Shown: piece after piece, positions 30,719-40,751 of the stretch
Position numbering within the stretch: position 1 is the stretch's first letter
How the letters are laid out: each line of letters starts with the position of its first letter
Origin: Phycisphaeraceae bacterium
GTDB taxonomy: Bacteria; Planctomycetota; Phycisphaerae; Phycisphaerales; Phycisphaeraceae
Direction of reading: 5' to 3'
DNA length: 64,000 nucleotides
NCBI GenBank assembly: GCA_963674705.1
Contig: OY771506.1
Location: forward strand, 5,344,001-5,408,000
The notes under the pieces: model-generated
Seen by the model: only the letters and a program-made list of their open reading frames with translations
Database searches by the model: none
What the model was told of the DNA's origin: nothing
Translations under genes and position numbers: made by a program

Positions 30719-31594
30719 CTAGTTCTCACTCGCCTTTGCCACGCGGTGCTGGATCACAGCGAACACCATCAGCAGCACGGCCAGCATCCAGCCGATCGCA
30801 CTGGCCTTGCCCAGACGTCCGCTGATAAAACCGTTCTGATACAGATACATTACAACGGTCAGCCCCTGGTCGTCCGGGCCGCCGCTGTTATTCAGCAACA
30901 CGAAGGCGAGTTCAAAAAGCTGGAAACTGCCGATCAAAGAAAGCAACACGACAAACGACGCGACCGGCTTGATTGCGGGGATGGTTACATTCAAGAACCG
31001 GGGCCACGGTCCCGCACCATCGACCATCGCCGCCTCTGACAGGTCCTTGCTGACATTCTGCAGCGCGGCAAGGAAGTAGATCATGTTGAAGCCCGTGAAT
31101 TGCCACATCGCGGCGATAATCAGCGAGCCCATGACAAACCGCTCAAGCCAGGGGAATTCAGCCGGGTAGCCGGGGATAAGCTGATAGAAAGTGACGTTGA
31201 CCAAACCTTCCCGGTCGAACATCAGGCCGAACATGATCGCGATGAAGACCGTGCCGACTAATGAAGGCGAGAAGAAGATCATCCTGAAGAACACGCGGCC
31301 CCGCACCTTCTCATGGTTCAGCAGCATCGCCAATCCGAGCGATAACGGCAATTGAATGAAGACAGAACCCGCGGCGAAAACAAATGTGTTACGCACCGCT
31401 TTCCAGAACATGGGATCGGTCAGCAGGTATTTGAAGTTCTGCAGGCCTACGAAGGTGCTGGTCTTTGGGCCGAAGGTTTGCTGTACGGCAAGCACGACCG
31501 AATAAAGCATCGGGTACACCATGAACACCGCGAATATCACCACGAACGGTGATATCAGCACGTAAGGCGTCCATTTGGGATAACCCGAGTTCAT
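30719..31594 (-). CDS. Carbohydrate ABC transporter permease (MalF-like)
   Basis: FVGLQNF, EAAMVDGA and GKASAIG motifs. Confidence 0.92.
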   Translation of the reverse strand: MNSGYPKWTPYVLISPFVVIFAVFMVYPMLYSVVLAVQQTFGPKTSTFVGLQNFKYLLTDPMFWKAVRNTFVFAAGSVFIQLPLSLGLAMLLNHEKVRGRVFFRMIFFSPSLVGTVFIAIMFGLMFDREGLVNVTFYQLIPGYPAEFPWLERFVMGSLIIAAMWQFTGFNMIYFLAALQNVSKDLSEAAMVDGAGPWPRFLNVTIPAIKPVASFVVLLSLIGSFQLFELAFVLLNNSGGPDDQGLTVVMYLYQNGFISGRLGKASAIGWMLAVLLMVFAVIQHRVAKASEN

Positions 31595-32994
31595 TGCTGG
31601 CTCCTGAGGAACACGTTCTCCTCGACCTGTCGACGCACCAGTTTTTCGGCATCGGCGAGCAGTCGCCTGGCTTCGTCCATCAAATCTTCGCGGTCATAAA
31701 CCTGATTCTTCAAGGCGTATTCCTTGAGGAGGAACATGGCATTGGAAACCCGGTCCTTGGCGAAGGTATTGAACGGGGAGGATGTGCGGACCGGCACATC
31801 CGGCGCCAAGTTGATAAAGAGCCTGCCGGGCGCCTGCCCGCTGAAGTAATCAGACGGTTCATCGTAAAACGGCCTGTCCCAATAGGACTTGACCGGGGAG
31901 ATGATGTAATTGCTGCGGTACAGGCCCTCGGCCAACTCTTCGGACAGATACAAATGCTTGGCAAAGGTCCAGGCGTTTTCCTGATCTTCACTCATCTTCG
32001 CCATCCCAAGCATTGTCCCGCCCCAGACGCTCGTTCGTCGGCCGCCGGGCTCCCACGCGGGCAGCGGCATGAGCTTGATCTTGCCTTCTAATCCCGGCAT
32101 ATCCAATTGCCAGACGCCGCAAAGCCAGTCGGGCATCATCGCGACCAGCACCCGCCCGTCCAGGCGCATCTTGTTGCCTTGGGCGCTGAATTCGCCGGCA
32201 TCCACCGCGATACGGTTCGGGCCCACCATCCAACTGACCAGCGTTGCAATCACGTGCGCGTTGACTTCGGTATTGATGTGCATCTGCTCGTGTTCATCGA
32301 ACAGTGCACCGCCGGCCTGGAGGATGAGCGCTTCCAACTGATCGCGGAAGCTACCGGTCGCCCACATGCTGATGACGTAGTCGGGGATGGTGTCGCCGTT
32401 GCGATCACCGACTAATGGCAAGACGACTTGCGCGAACTCGTCCCAGGTCTGAACCGATTCGATGTCGATACCGGCTTCCTCGAAGACATCGGCGCGGTAG
32501 GCGAGCATGACCGGATGCACATCGTGCGGCAGGCCGAAGATCCGACCACGCGAAGTCCATGGGCCAAACGATGGCTCATTAATCTGCTCGTAAATACCTT
32601 CCTCGTGCAAGCGGTCGGTCAGGTCGACGAAACCGACATCTTCGATCGGGCCGGTGAAAACCTGTGGCACGAAGTTACGTTCGACTTCGATCAGGTCGGC
32701 TGCGGGTGTGTCAGTCAAGAACGAGGCGAGCATGCGCTGTTGCAGCGCTTCGTTACTGAGAAGCGACATGTTGACTTGCGGTTGCCTGTCGCGGTTCCAT
32801 TCTTCGACTTTGCCGACGTAGAGCGTCTCGTGGCTGTAGCTGAAGATCCAGAACTGGAGCCCCTCGCGATGCGGTATCGGCCAACACATCACCGCAATCG
32901 CGCTGCACACCGCCAGCGAGAGAATGATCCACCCCCCCGCCGAGAGGTATTCCAGGTAGTCCGGCAGCAATCTTTTAAGGAACTTGATAGACAC
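31591..32994 (-). CDS. Carbohydrate ABC transporter solute-binding protein
   Basis: N-terminal hydrophobic anchor; GRIFGLPHD, YRADVFEEAGI, TWDEF and WGGTMLG motifs; overlaps the permease gene. Confidence 0.88.
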   Translation of the reverse strand: MSIKFLKRLLPDYLEYLSAGGWIILSLAVCSAIAVMCWPIPHREGLQFWIFSYSHETLYVGKVEEWNRDRQPQVNMSLLSNEALQQRMLASFLTDTPAADLIEVERNFVPQVFTGPIEDVGFVDLTDRLHEEGIYEQINEPSFGPWTSRGRIFGLPHDVHPVMLAYRADVFEEAGIDIESVQTWDEFAQVVLPLVGDRNGDTIPDYVISMWATGSFRDQLEALILQAGGALFDEHEQMHINTEVNAHVIATLVSWMVGPNRIAVDAGEFSAQGNKMRLDGRVLVAMMPDWLCGVWQLDMPGLEGKIKLMPLPAWEPGGRRTSVWGGTMLGMAKMSEDQENAWTFAKHLYLSEELAEGLYRSNYIISPVKSYWDRPFYDEPSDYFSGQAPGRLFINLAPDVPVRTSSPFNTFAKDRVSNAMFLLKEYALKNQVYDREDLMDEARRLLADAEKLVRRQVEENVFLRSQQ

Positions 32995-33084
32995 GACTTA
33001 GTCCGCTCGCTAGAGATCCCGGCAAGCCGGGAACAACCTCCAAGTGCTGCAGGCAGGAGCCGAATCCCGCCACAGAATGACATT

Positions 33085-33355
33085 TTGATAAACAGTTACT
33101 TAATTCGATTCACATTGTGACGCCCGCCCCCCTATTTGTCAACATATTTCACATCAATATACCGGGGCCGAGCGGTCTGCCGGATTATTTTGTTAAATTA
33201 TTTATAATTAGTATTTTATATTATATTTTAAATTGCTCACATGCGACACAATTAGTGTGGTCAAGCCAGAATCACCGTAGAATGATCCTTCAAAGCACCC
33301 CAGACACTCTTACGCGAGATTGTTTATAACTATCTCTTGAAAACTGTTTCACAAA
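33085..33355. promoter_or_regulatory. AT-rich divergent promoter region with candidate LacI-type operators
   Basis: taaacagttac (33089-33099), tcacattgtga (33110-33120) and tgaaaactgtttca (33338-33351) between the ABC operon and LacI gene 1. Confidence 0.45.
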
Positions 33356-33370
33356 GTGTATCATTCGGAT

Positions 33371-34423
33371 ATGCCCAGTATCCGCACCGTCGCGAAGGAG
33401 GCCGGGGTCTCTATCGCCACCGTTTCACGTGTGTTGAATAACCACACATCGGTCGGCAGCGATATCCGTACGCGTGTACTGAGCACCGCCAACCGTCTGG
33501 GCTACGTCTCCTCGGTTGGCCGACGAAGCACGACCTACATCGGTTTTGTCTACACGGGCCCCGCCTCGTTTGATTGCCCGTACGACTCCATGGTCCTGGC
33601 CGGGATCAACCAGGCGATGGACGAGACCGATTTTGACCTGGTCATCCTGAATCCTCAACGGGACAAGAAGCCCACGGAAACCTATTCGCAGTACTTCATG
33701 CGTAAAGGCGTCCGCGGCGTGATCCTCCGCACGACCGCGGGCACCCGTGGGATTTGCCACACCATCGCCGAAGAAGGCTTTCCATCAATCGTGATAGGCA
33801 GTTGGACCGACCAGCCGGAGGTCAGCTTTGTATACGGCGACTCACACCAAACAAGCCGACAGGCAATCGAGCACCTGATATCACTCGGGCACAAACGTAT
33901 CGGCATCGCGATGGGGTTGGTCGAAGACACCGATCACATCGATCGACTAGCAGGCTACCGCGAGGCCTTGCAAGCGGCGGGTATCAAGCCGGACCCGGAG
34001 TTGTTGTATCGCGTCCCCCCCAAGAGGCCGGACGGCGCGCAACTGATCAAGCGGATATTGAGTAGCGCCGTTCCCCCGACCGCTTTATATGTCACCGATC
34101 CCTATATCGTCATCGGTGTGATCCACCAGTTGCAGCGTATGGGCATCAAGGTGCCGGAGGATATTTCGATCGTCGGGATGGATGACGGCGACAGTCCCAA
34201 GGACAGCTATCCGCAGATTACAGCCGTGTGCCAGGACGCGGTACAGATCGGCCACGAAGCATCGACCGCACTTAAACGCATCATCGACCGAGCCCCCGAG
34301 AAAGCAGCGCCGATACGCGTTGCGATTCCCACCTGGCTGGAAGTCCACGAAACTACGGGGCCGCCGCCTGCTAAACCGTTCCGGGTTTTGCCGAACGGCA
34401 CGCGTGTTGATCTAGCCGATTAG
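33371..34423 (+). CDS. LacI-family transcriptional regulator
   Basis: SIRTVAKEAGVSIATVSRVLN HTH; LGHKRI and VPEDISIVG motifs. Confidence 0.95.
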   Translation: MPSIRTVAKEAGVSIATVSRVLNNHTSVGSDIRTRVLSTANRLGYVSSVGRRSTTYIGFVYTGPASFDCPYDSMVLAGINQAMDETDFDLVILNPQRDKKPTETYSQYFMRKGVRGVILRTTAGTRGICHTIAEEGFPSIVIGSWTDQPEVSFVYGDSHQTSRQAIEHLISLGHKRIGIAMGLVEDTDHIDRLAGYREALQAAGIKPDPELLYRVPPKRPDGAQLIKRILSSAVPPTALYVTDPYIVIGVIHQLQRMGIKVPEDISIVGMDDGDSPKDSYPQITAVCQDAVQIGHEASTALKRIIDRAPEKAAPIRVAIPTWLEVHETTGPPPAKPFRVLPNGTRVDLAD

Positions 34424-34481
34424 GTATCATCAATCCGCTTCGCTATCGCACAGAGAGTTCCGCTAATAAATGGAGCCAGCC

Positions 34482-35813
34482 ATGCGCACGTTCAGGACCA
34501 AGCGATCAGTACAGAATCAAATGCATTACCGCACGCTGGCTTTGCTGGTATTGTCATTTTGCCTGCTTGCCTGCCACAATAATACGCTGGCTGAAAGCGA
34601 ACAGACTACAGGATCAGTCGTTCAAGTAATCAAGACCGATGAAGGCTGGCAGCTTACACGTAACGACGAACCCTACTTCGTCAAGGGAGCGGGGGGCACG
34701 GAACACTTTGAAGTGCTTGTGAAGGCGGGCGGTAATTCGGTCCGGACGTGGGGCGTCGAACAAGCCGAAGAGATCCTGGATAAAGCCCACGAGATGGGTT
34801 TAAACCGTCACGGTCGGGATCTGGTTTGGCCACGAACGGCACGGATTCGATTACTCGGATAAGCAAGCGGTCGCCAGGCAGAAGGAACTGGCCCTGCAGT
34901 TTATAAGGAAATACAAGGACCACCCCGCGATCCTTATGTGGAGTCTGGGCAATGAAGCGGAGGGAGAAGGCGACAATCCGCTTATCTGGCAGGCGATTAA
35001 TGATGCCGCCAAAGCAGCGAAACAAATCGATCCTGATCATCCCGTGATGACCGTGACCGCCGAGGCCGCTGCCAATAAGATCCAGAACCTGAAAAAGTAC
35101 TGCCCGGATGTCGATATCCTTGGCATCAACTGTTACGGCGGTTTTCCAACGCTAGCACAGCGCTTGGCCGATGCCGGCCTGGATCGACCCTACATCGTCG
35201 CCGAGTACGGCCCGCTTGGTCAATGGGAAGTCAGCCAAACGCCATGGGGCGCCCCCTACGAACAGACCAGCACAGCAAAAGCCAAGTTCTGCTCTGACGG
35301 CTACCGCAGCACCATATTAAATGATCGCCGCAACTGTCTTGGCGGTTATCTATTTCACTGGGGATCCAAACAGGAAGTCACGCCAACGTGGTACGGCGTA
35401 TTCATACGAGATACAAACGAAACGACCGAGATCGTTGATGCGGTAAGCAAGTACTGGACCGGCAACTGGCCGAAGAATCGAGCACCCTCCATCAAGCCAT
35501 CGAATTCAAATCGGTGGATGTAAACGCGATCAAACGGGACGCGATCTGTCACGCATCGGTTCGGGCCGATGATCCCGACAAGGATACACTCACATACGAG
35601 TGGGTCATCCAATCTGAAAGCACCGACCGCCGCACCGGTGGCGATGAAGAGGCCGTTCCCCCGGCCCATCCGGAACTGATTCAGGCAACCCGCGGCGCAA
35701 CCGTGACATTCCGGGCACCCGCAGAAGCAGGCGCATACCGCCTGTATGTTTATGTTCGAGACAATCAGGGCCACGCGGCTACCGCTAACAGCCCATTTCA
35801 AGTCACCGATTAA
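34482..35813 (+). pseudogene. Secreted clan GH-A TIM-barrel glycoside hydrolase (GH2-like, possibly GH157/158-type beta-1,3-glucanase) with C-terminal PKD/Ig domain, broken by two frameshifts
   Basis: Removing one A at ~34802-34804 gives ..GLTVTVGIWFGHERHGFDY..HPAILMWSLGNE; adding one A at ~35494 joins the PKD part; acid/base GNE and nucleophile VAEYG are present. Confidence 0.75.
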
Positions 35814-36139
35814 CCCACACCCCCATCTTCTCCAAATTAACGGCCAAGCTGTCGCAAACGGTATTGACCGAGACGTTGTTTCACAATTTCGCAGCTAAGC
35901 CGCTCGACCCGCCCGCTCATCGTCCTCTAATATTCAAGTCGCTATTTCGCCAAGATTTGCATGCGAAAAACGGCTGTTAACACGGTGTAACATATGTAAC
36001 AAATGGGGACAGTATTGTTTCATTGGCCCCCTCGATCTGAAACGCTTCCGGCCCTGCGCCTCGGCCCCCGCGATCAGCCCACAGTATGCCATACCGGCCC
36101 TGATTCGTCATAATTAACGTTTTTTTTGAGTAATAAGGC

Positions 36140-36205
36140 TTGACGTACCGGTTAGGTAGGGTTATCTTCTTGTATCGATGGAACGTGATGTAACTGATAC
36201 ATCAC
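36140..36205 (+). promoter_or_regulatory. Sigma70-like promoter followed by a palindromic operator
   Basis: TTGACG (36140) - 17 bp - TATCTT (36163); gtgatgta-actga-tacatcac at 36185-36205. Confidence 0.6.
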
Positions 36206-36227
36206 TTAACACACTTGGCAGGAACAC

Positions 36228-37232
36228 ATGTCCACCGTTCGTGACATCGCGAAACAGACCGGCGTGTCTATCGCCACCGTCTCACGCGTGCTTAACAACC
36301 ATCCATCCGTCAGCGATGAGTTACGGCACAGGGTGATGGAGGCCGCGAACAGCCAACGCTATGTTTCAAGCGTAGGCAAGCGTGGCACCTCCAATATCGC
36401 CTACGTCTATACCGGACATGTCTCCCTCGGCTCACCTTTTGACTCAGCAGTCCTTGAAGGACTCTATAAGGCGCTGGCCGACTCCAACCTGCACCTGATG
36501 ATCCTGGACCTGCGGCGCACACGTCGCAACGGCGAGGATTATTCACAGATGTTCCAACGGCTGGGCGTACGCGGGGTCGTGCTTCGGACCACACACGGCA
36601 CACGTTCATCCTGTGTGAATATCATCGATCAGAACTTCCCGGCGGTTGTTGTTGGGGACCGTTTACCGGGTGCCGAATCTTCGTGTGTTTGCTGCGAGTC
36701 GCGCACCGCAAGCCGAGAGGCTATCGAGCACCTTGTTTCGCTTGGTCACCGTCGTATCGCGATCAGCATGAACGTCGTCGAGGATTCTGATCACCTTGAA
36801 CGTCTGGCCGGGTACCGCGATGCGCATCATGACCACGGCATCGAGATCGATGACAAACTCATCATGCGTGCCCCGGGTAACCGTCAGGGTGGATCGCAAT
36901 TGATGCGCCGCATCGTGACCGCGGTAGACCGCCCCACCGCTATTTACATCACCGATCCGATGGCCGCCATCGGCGCGTTGTATGAAGCACAGAAGATGGG
37001 GCTGAAGATTCCTGATGATATGTCGATCATCGGCTTCGATGACGCGGAGCTGCGTCATACCGTGCTGCCCACGATGACATCCGTATGCCAGGACGCCACC
37101 GGATTAGGCCGTGAAGCGTACCGCGTGCTGGCAGAAGTCATGCGGGCCAAATGCCCATCAGAAAACAATGCCCCCGCGGCATGGTTAGAGGTTCACGAAA
37201 CCACCGGCCCCATCGGAGTCACAAGCACGTAA
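36228..37232 (+). CDS. LacI-family transcriptional regulator (paralog of 33371-34423)
   Basis: HTH VRDIAKQTGVSIATVSRVLNNH; shares YVSSVG, GVRGV.LRTT and WLEVHETTGP with the first LacI. Confidence 0.95.
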   Translation: MSTVRDIAKQTGVSIATVSRVLNNHPSVSDELRHRVMEAANSQRYVSSVGKRGTSNIAYVYTGHVSLGSPFDSAVLEGLYKALADSNLHLMILDLRRTRRNGEDYSQMFQRLGVRGVVLRTTHGTRSSCVNIIDQNFPAVVVGDRLPGAESSCVCCESRTASREAIEHLVSLGHRRIAISMNVVEDSDHLERLAGYRDAHHDHGIEIDDKLIMRAPGNRQGGSQLMRRIVTAVDRPTAIYITDPMAAIGALYEAQKMGLKIPDDMSIIGFDDAELRHTVLPTMTSVCQDATGLGREAYRVLAEVMRAKCPSENNAPAAWLEVHETTGPIGVTST

Positions 37233-37310
37233 TTCGGTCATCAAGACCGACGTTGTTTTGTCGTTTAGAAACCGCCCATGTGGGCCTATTTGGAGGAAAA
37301 AGGAGAAACT

Positions 37311-38012
37311 ATGATGGAACTTACAAAACAGTTAGTTAGAACAGTTGCCGGGGCAGGCTTGGCTGTCGCATTGATGGCTGGGACCTCGGCACAAGCAGTA
37401 ACCGTTGGTGTAGGTCAGTCCGCCGAACCCTGGCTTGGTTACATGAATGTGTTTGAACTGCCGGCGAACGGGGGCGGTTACCTCTGGGGCAGTGCCTGGG
37501 GTGTTGCTGACCTCGTAGCAACGTTTGATGACGGCGCCAGCACGCTGACGCTCTCACCGAACACCATCGGCGACCCCGATCCGTATTGGTACATCGGCGG
37601 TGGCGCTCCCGGCAATCCGGGGAATAAGATGATGGAAGCCAACCTGTATATCGAAGTCAGCGATGATTCACTGGCCGGCCAGACCGTGACCTTCGAAGGC
37701 ACGATCCTGTCGGACACGTTCACCGCGGCGCATGAATCCTTCGTCTTTATCAAGGACTTCGCGCCTGACTACTCATCGTTCATCGAAAGCAAAGTGGCAA
37801 TCGATGGTGCCGGTGCGTTCAGTATTGATCTGGCGACCGACCCGGGTCTTGGCCGACACGTGCAGTACGGTTTCCAAACCGTGGGTGAGAACGTGTGGAT
37901 CACTGATACCGCTCCGTTTGGTAGCGTCGTCATCGCGACCGTTCCCGAACCGGCATCCCTGGCGTTGATCGGCCTGGGTGGCTTAGCCATCGCCGGCCGT
38001 CGTAAACACTGA
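37311..38012 (+). CDS. PEP-CTERM surface protein with an aromatic-rich beta domain of unknown function
   Basis: AGGAG RBS; signal peptide ending AQA; C-terminal VPEPASLALIGLGGLAIAGRRKH. Confidence 0.88.
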   Translation: MMELTKQLVRTVAGAGLAVALMAGTSAQAVTVGVGQSAEPWLGYMNVFELPANGGGYLWGSAWGVADLVATFDDGASTLTLSPNTIGDPDPYWYIGGGAPGNPGNKMMEANLYIEVSDDSLAGQTVTFEGTILSDTFTAAHESFVFIKDFAPDYSSFIESKVAIDGAGAFSIDLATDPGLGRHVQYGFQTVGENVWITDTAPFGSVVIATVPEPASLALIGLGGLAIAGRRKH

Positions 38013-38023
38013 CCTCCTTTTTT

Positions 38024-38053
38024 CCCGTCCACCGACCTAATCGTGGGTGGACG
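38024..38053 (+). terminator. Stem-loop after the PEP-CTERM gene
   Basis: ccgtccacc..ggtggacgg; no strong U-tract on the + strand. Confidence 0.35.
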
Positions 38054-38148
38054 GATTGAATAAGAAGTCGCACACAACGTGTGTGCCAACAACCGAATGG
38101 ATTTAGATAACGTGGCAGATGCCCAAATAACAACATTGGAGGAATGAA

Positions 38149-39618
38149 ATGAGCGGAAAGAGTCTCGTAACGATGTTGGCAGCCAGCGGGTTATTAATGG
38201 CCGGCCAACAAGCAGGCGCCGTCATCGTCGCCCAAAGCGACGACATGACCCCGGGTGGTAACAATCTGGGTGCGATGGAATGGTTCGAAGGCGGCGGTTC
38301 CTACGTGGGATACGGCACCGCTGAATCAGACGGCAACGGCTTCGCGATCATGACCAAGAATGGAACACAAAACCATTACACCGGCTTCTCGTATCACCTT
38401 GATGTCGCCGACGTGACCGCGGTTCAATCGCTTCAGGATGGCATGGTGATCCGCACCAGCGCCTGGGTCTTGTCCGATCCGGAAAACCCGTGGACAACAC
38501 AAGCAACTCAGGGCTGGAAGGTCGAGTTCTACAACGTCGCCTTGGGTGCATTCAACACCTTTGACATGACCAATGAAACCGAGAACGGCATGGGCTACGG
38601 CCTGATCGATGCCACCAGCACCGCGACCACCACGGGGTGGACACAGATGAGCGCCTCCTACACCATCACCGACGCTGAAGTCGACTTCTTCTCGCTTCAG
38701 GAAATCCGTCCGGTGTTCTTCACCGGTGACTGGTCAGGTTCCGATCCGGATGGCCGCTTGTTTGTCGATGGCTTCGCTGTAGAGGTCTTCCCGAACGTCG
38801 CCACCGCCAACGCAACGGCGCTTCCCAGCAACACCCCGGGCGGGTTCGATCTGGCTCCCCCGGTTGATCTGTCCGGTGACATTGACGGCGACGGATTCGT
38901 CGGCCTCTCAGACCTTGACATCGTCCTCAACCACTGGAACCAAGGCACCCCGCCGGTCGCACCCGGGACGGATGTCCTCAGCGACTTCAGCAACTTCACC
39001 GTAGCCGGCAGCTACGAAGGCTGGGGCACCTACACCTCCGGTGCAACCGACTTCCGTATCCAAGCCACCAGTTGGGGCGGCTGCTGGTACATCCTGCCGG
39101 AAGTTGTCGATGCAACCGGTCAATCCGCACTGGAAGTGCAGTTTGATGTCGGCGCTGCCAACGAAGCCGACCAACTCGGTATCGTCCTGTTCGACGGCGA
39201 TGGCACGGAATATCTCTACCGCCTCGACCTGACTGAAGGCGATGACCAAACCGTCCTGCTCGACCTGGTCCTGCCCTTCGCGGTGAATAATGAAGGCACG
39301 GTCCCCGGTCTGGACCTGTCCACCATCTCCTCGTTCCACCTTCAGGGAACGTTCGGCGATGGCAATCCTGGTCTGCCTTTGGACGTGACGCTTGACAACC
39401 TCGCCCTGACAGGCGGCGGTCTCGTGCTGATCGATGGCGACATCGCCGGCGCCGATGGTCTTGGCCCGGACGGCTTCGTCGGCCTGGCTGACCTGGACGT
39501 CGTGCTGAACACCTGGAACAACGGCACCCCGCCGGCCGATGGCGCTGCCGTGCCGGAACCGGCCAGCCTCGCGCTGCTGGGTCTGGGTGGCCTGACGATG
39601 CTGCGTCGTCGTGCGTAA
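38149..39618 (+). CDS. PEP-CTERM surface protein: CBM-like domain, dockerin-like repeat, second CBM-like domain, dockerin-like repeat
   Basis: Signal peptide; GDIDGDGFVGLSDLDIVLNHWN and DGFVGLADLDVVLNTWN repeats; VPEPASLALLGLGGLTMLRRRA tail. Confidence 0.85.
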   Translation: MSGKSLVTMLAASGLLMAGQQAGAVIVAQSDDMTPGGNNLGAMEWFEGGGSYVGYGTAESDGNGFAIMTKNGTQNHYTGFSYHLDVADVTAVQSLQDGMVIRTSAWVLSDPENPWTTQATQGWKVEFYNVALGAFNTFDMTNETENGMGYGLIDATSTATTTGWTQMSASYTITDAEVDFFSLQEIRPVFFTGDWSGSDPDGRLFVDGFAVEVFPNVATANATALPSNTPGGFDLAPPVDLSGDIDGDGFVGLSDLDIVLNHWNQGTPPVAPGTDVLSDFSNFTVAGSYEGWGTYTSGATDFRIQATSWGGCWYILPEVVDATGQSALEVQFDVGAANEADQLGIVLFDGDGTEYLYRLDLTEGDDQTVLLDLVLPFAVNNEGTVPGLDLSTISSFHLQGTFGDGNPGLPLDVTLDNLALTGGGLVLIDGDIAGADGLGPDGFVGLADLDVVLNTWNNGTPPADGAAVPEPASLALLGLGGLTMLRRRA

Positions 39619-39814
39619 GTGAATGATTGAACGTTTAGCTGATGGGCCGTGGGGTAACGGCCGCGAACCATCGAGCTTGTACTGACTGTTTCGTAACAGA
39701 CACTGAAAAAACCGGGCGTCCGCTTGACGGCGGACCCCCGGATTAAACAAGAAACGGCCCTGGGCGAGAGCGGGCCAACAAGAATCAACACAGCCCCTTG
39801 AAGGAGCGTCGATA

Positions 39815-40669
39815 ATGTCAACGAAACGAAACGGATTCACACTCATCGAACTGCTGGTGGTGATCTCCATCATCGCCCTGCTCGTGGGTATCCTCCTGCC
39901 GGCGCTTGGCGCCGCAAGGCGTTCAGCACTCGATATCAAGTGCAAGAACCAACTGCGCCAGTTCGGCATCGCGTTCATGGCCTACGCCACGGACAACCGC
40001 GACACGTTGCCGGCAAGCCTTGATGACAGGAACAACCAGTTCTACAGGACGTGGCTCATGGACGGCAGCCCCCTGTTCCAACGATTCATGAGGTATTGCC
40101 CCGATGACGGCTCAATATTCTCGTATGTTGGTGATTCCAGAGAACTCTACCGTTGTCCTGCATTAGAAGAAGGCGCGACGCAATCAAACGGTCGGCCATC
40201 CAACGATGGTAAGGGCAGCAACGGAAAGTTTGACTATTCAGTCTTTACTTCATGGAACAATGCTAAGGTGGATCAGTTACCCGCCCAGACAGTGATCGCC
40301 CGTAGCGGTGCGGATCCTTCAAATTATATTGATACCATCACACCCTTGTTAATCGAAGAAGACCCGGAATTCTCCTCGAACAACAATACCAACTTCGACT
40401 CACAGCACGCCTGGGACGACCGCGTCGGCCAATGGCACAACGGTGATAAGGGCAACTTCACCGCCTACGACGGCAGCACCGCTTCATTCGAGGGTGATGG
40501 CGAACAGGATAATCCTCAAGCACAGGAGTGGTATGCCGAAGCACCTAACGGTTTACGCCGCTCACTCGGCAACGGGCAATTCGGTTTAAATAGCAGTGGT
40601 AGCAAAGTCAGTATCCCCGGCGGCACGATTGAGTACGACTTCGGTGCATGGGGAAGCACAAAGAAGTAA
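39815..40669 (+). CDS. Prepilin-type N-terminal cleavage/methylation protein, DUF1559/H-X9-DG-like
   Basis: [37 protein letters not shown]-terminal [13 protein letters not shown]. Confidence 0.9.
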   Translation: MSTKRNGFTLIELLVVISIIALLVGILLPALGAARRSALDIKCKNQLRQFGIAFMAYATDNRDTLPASLDDRNNQFYRTWLMDGSPLFQRFMRYCPDDGSIFSYVGDSRELYRCPALEEGATQSNGRPSNDGKGSNGKFDYSVFTSWNNAKVDQLPAQTVIARSGADPSNYIDTITPLLIEEDPEFSSNNNTNFDSQHAWDDRVGQWHNGDKGNFTAYDGSTASFEGDGEQDNPQAQEWYAEAPNGLRRSLGNGQFGLNSSGSKVSIPGGTIEYDFGAWGSTKK

Positions 40670-40751
40670 CGCGTGAATATTAGCCGACCTGCGGGACAGA
40701 TAGCGCAACAGACCTATTTTTATACTTACTACTTGGAATCAGGAGTTTTCC

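Noticed and set aside
34800..35500. Programmed frameshifting or phase variation in the GH gene
   Set aside because: The A-runs are only 2-3 nt, there is no convincing slippery-site context, and two separate shifts would be needed; error or decay is simpler.
38908..39978. 356-aa - strand ORF
   Set aside because: Antisense to the well-supported PEP-CTERM and pilin genes; a GC-rich codon shadow.
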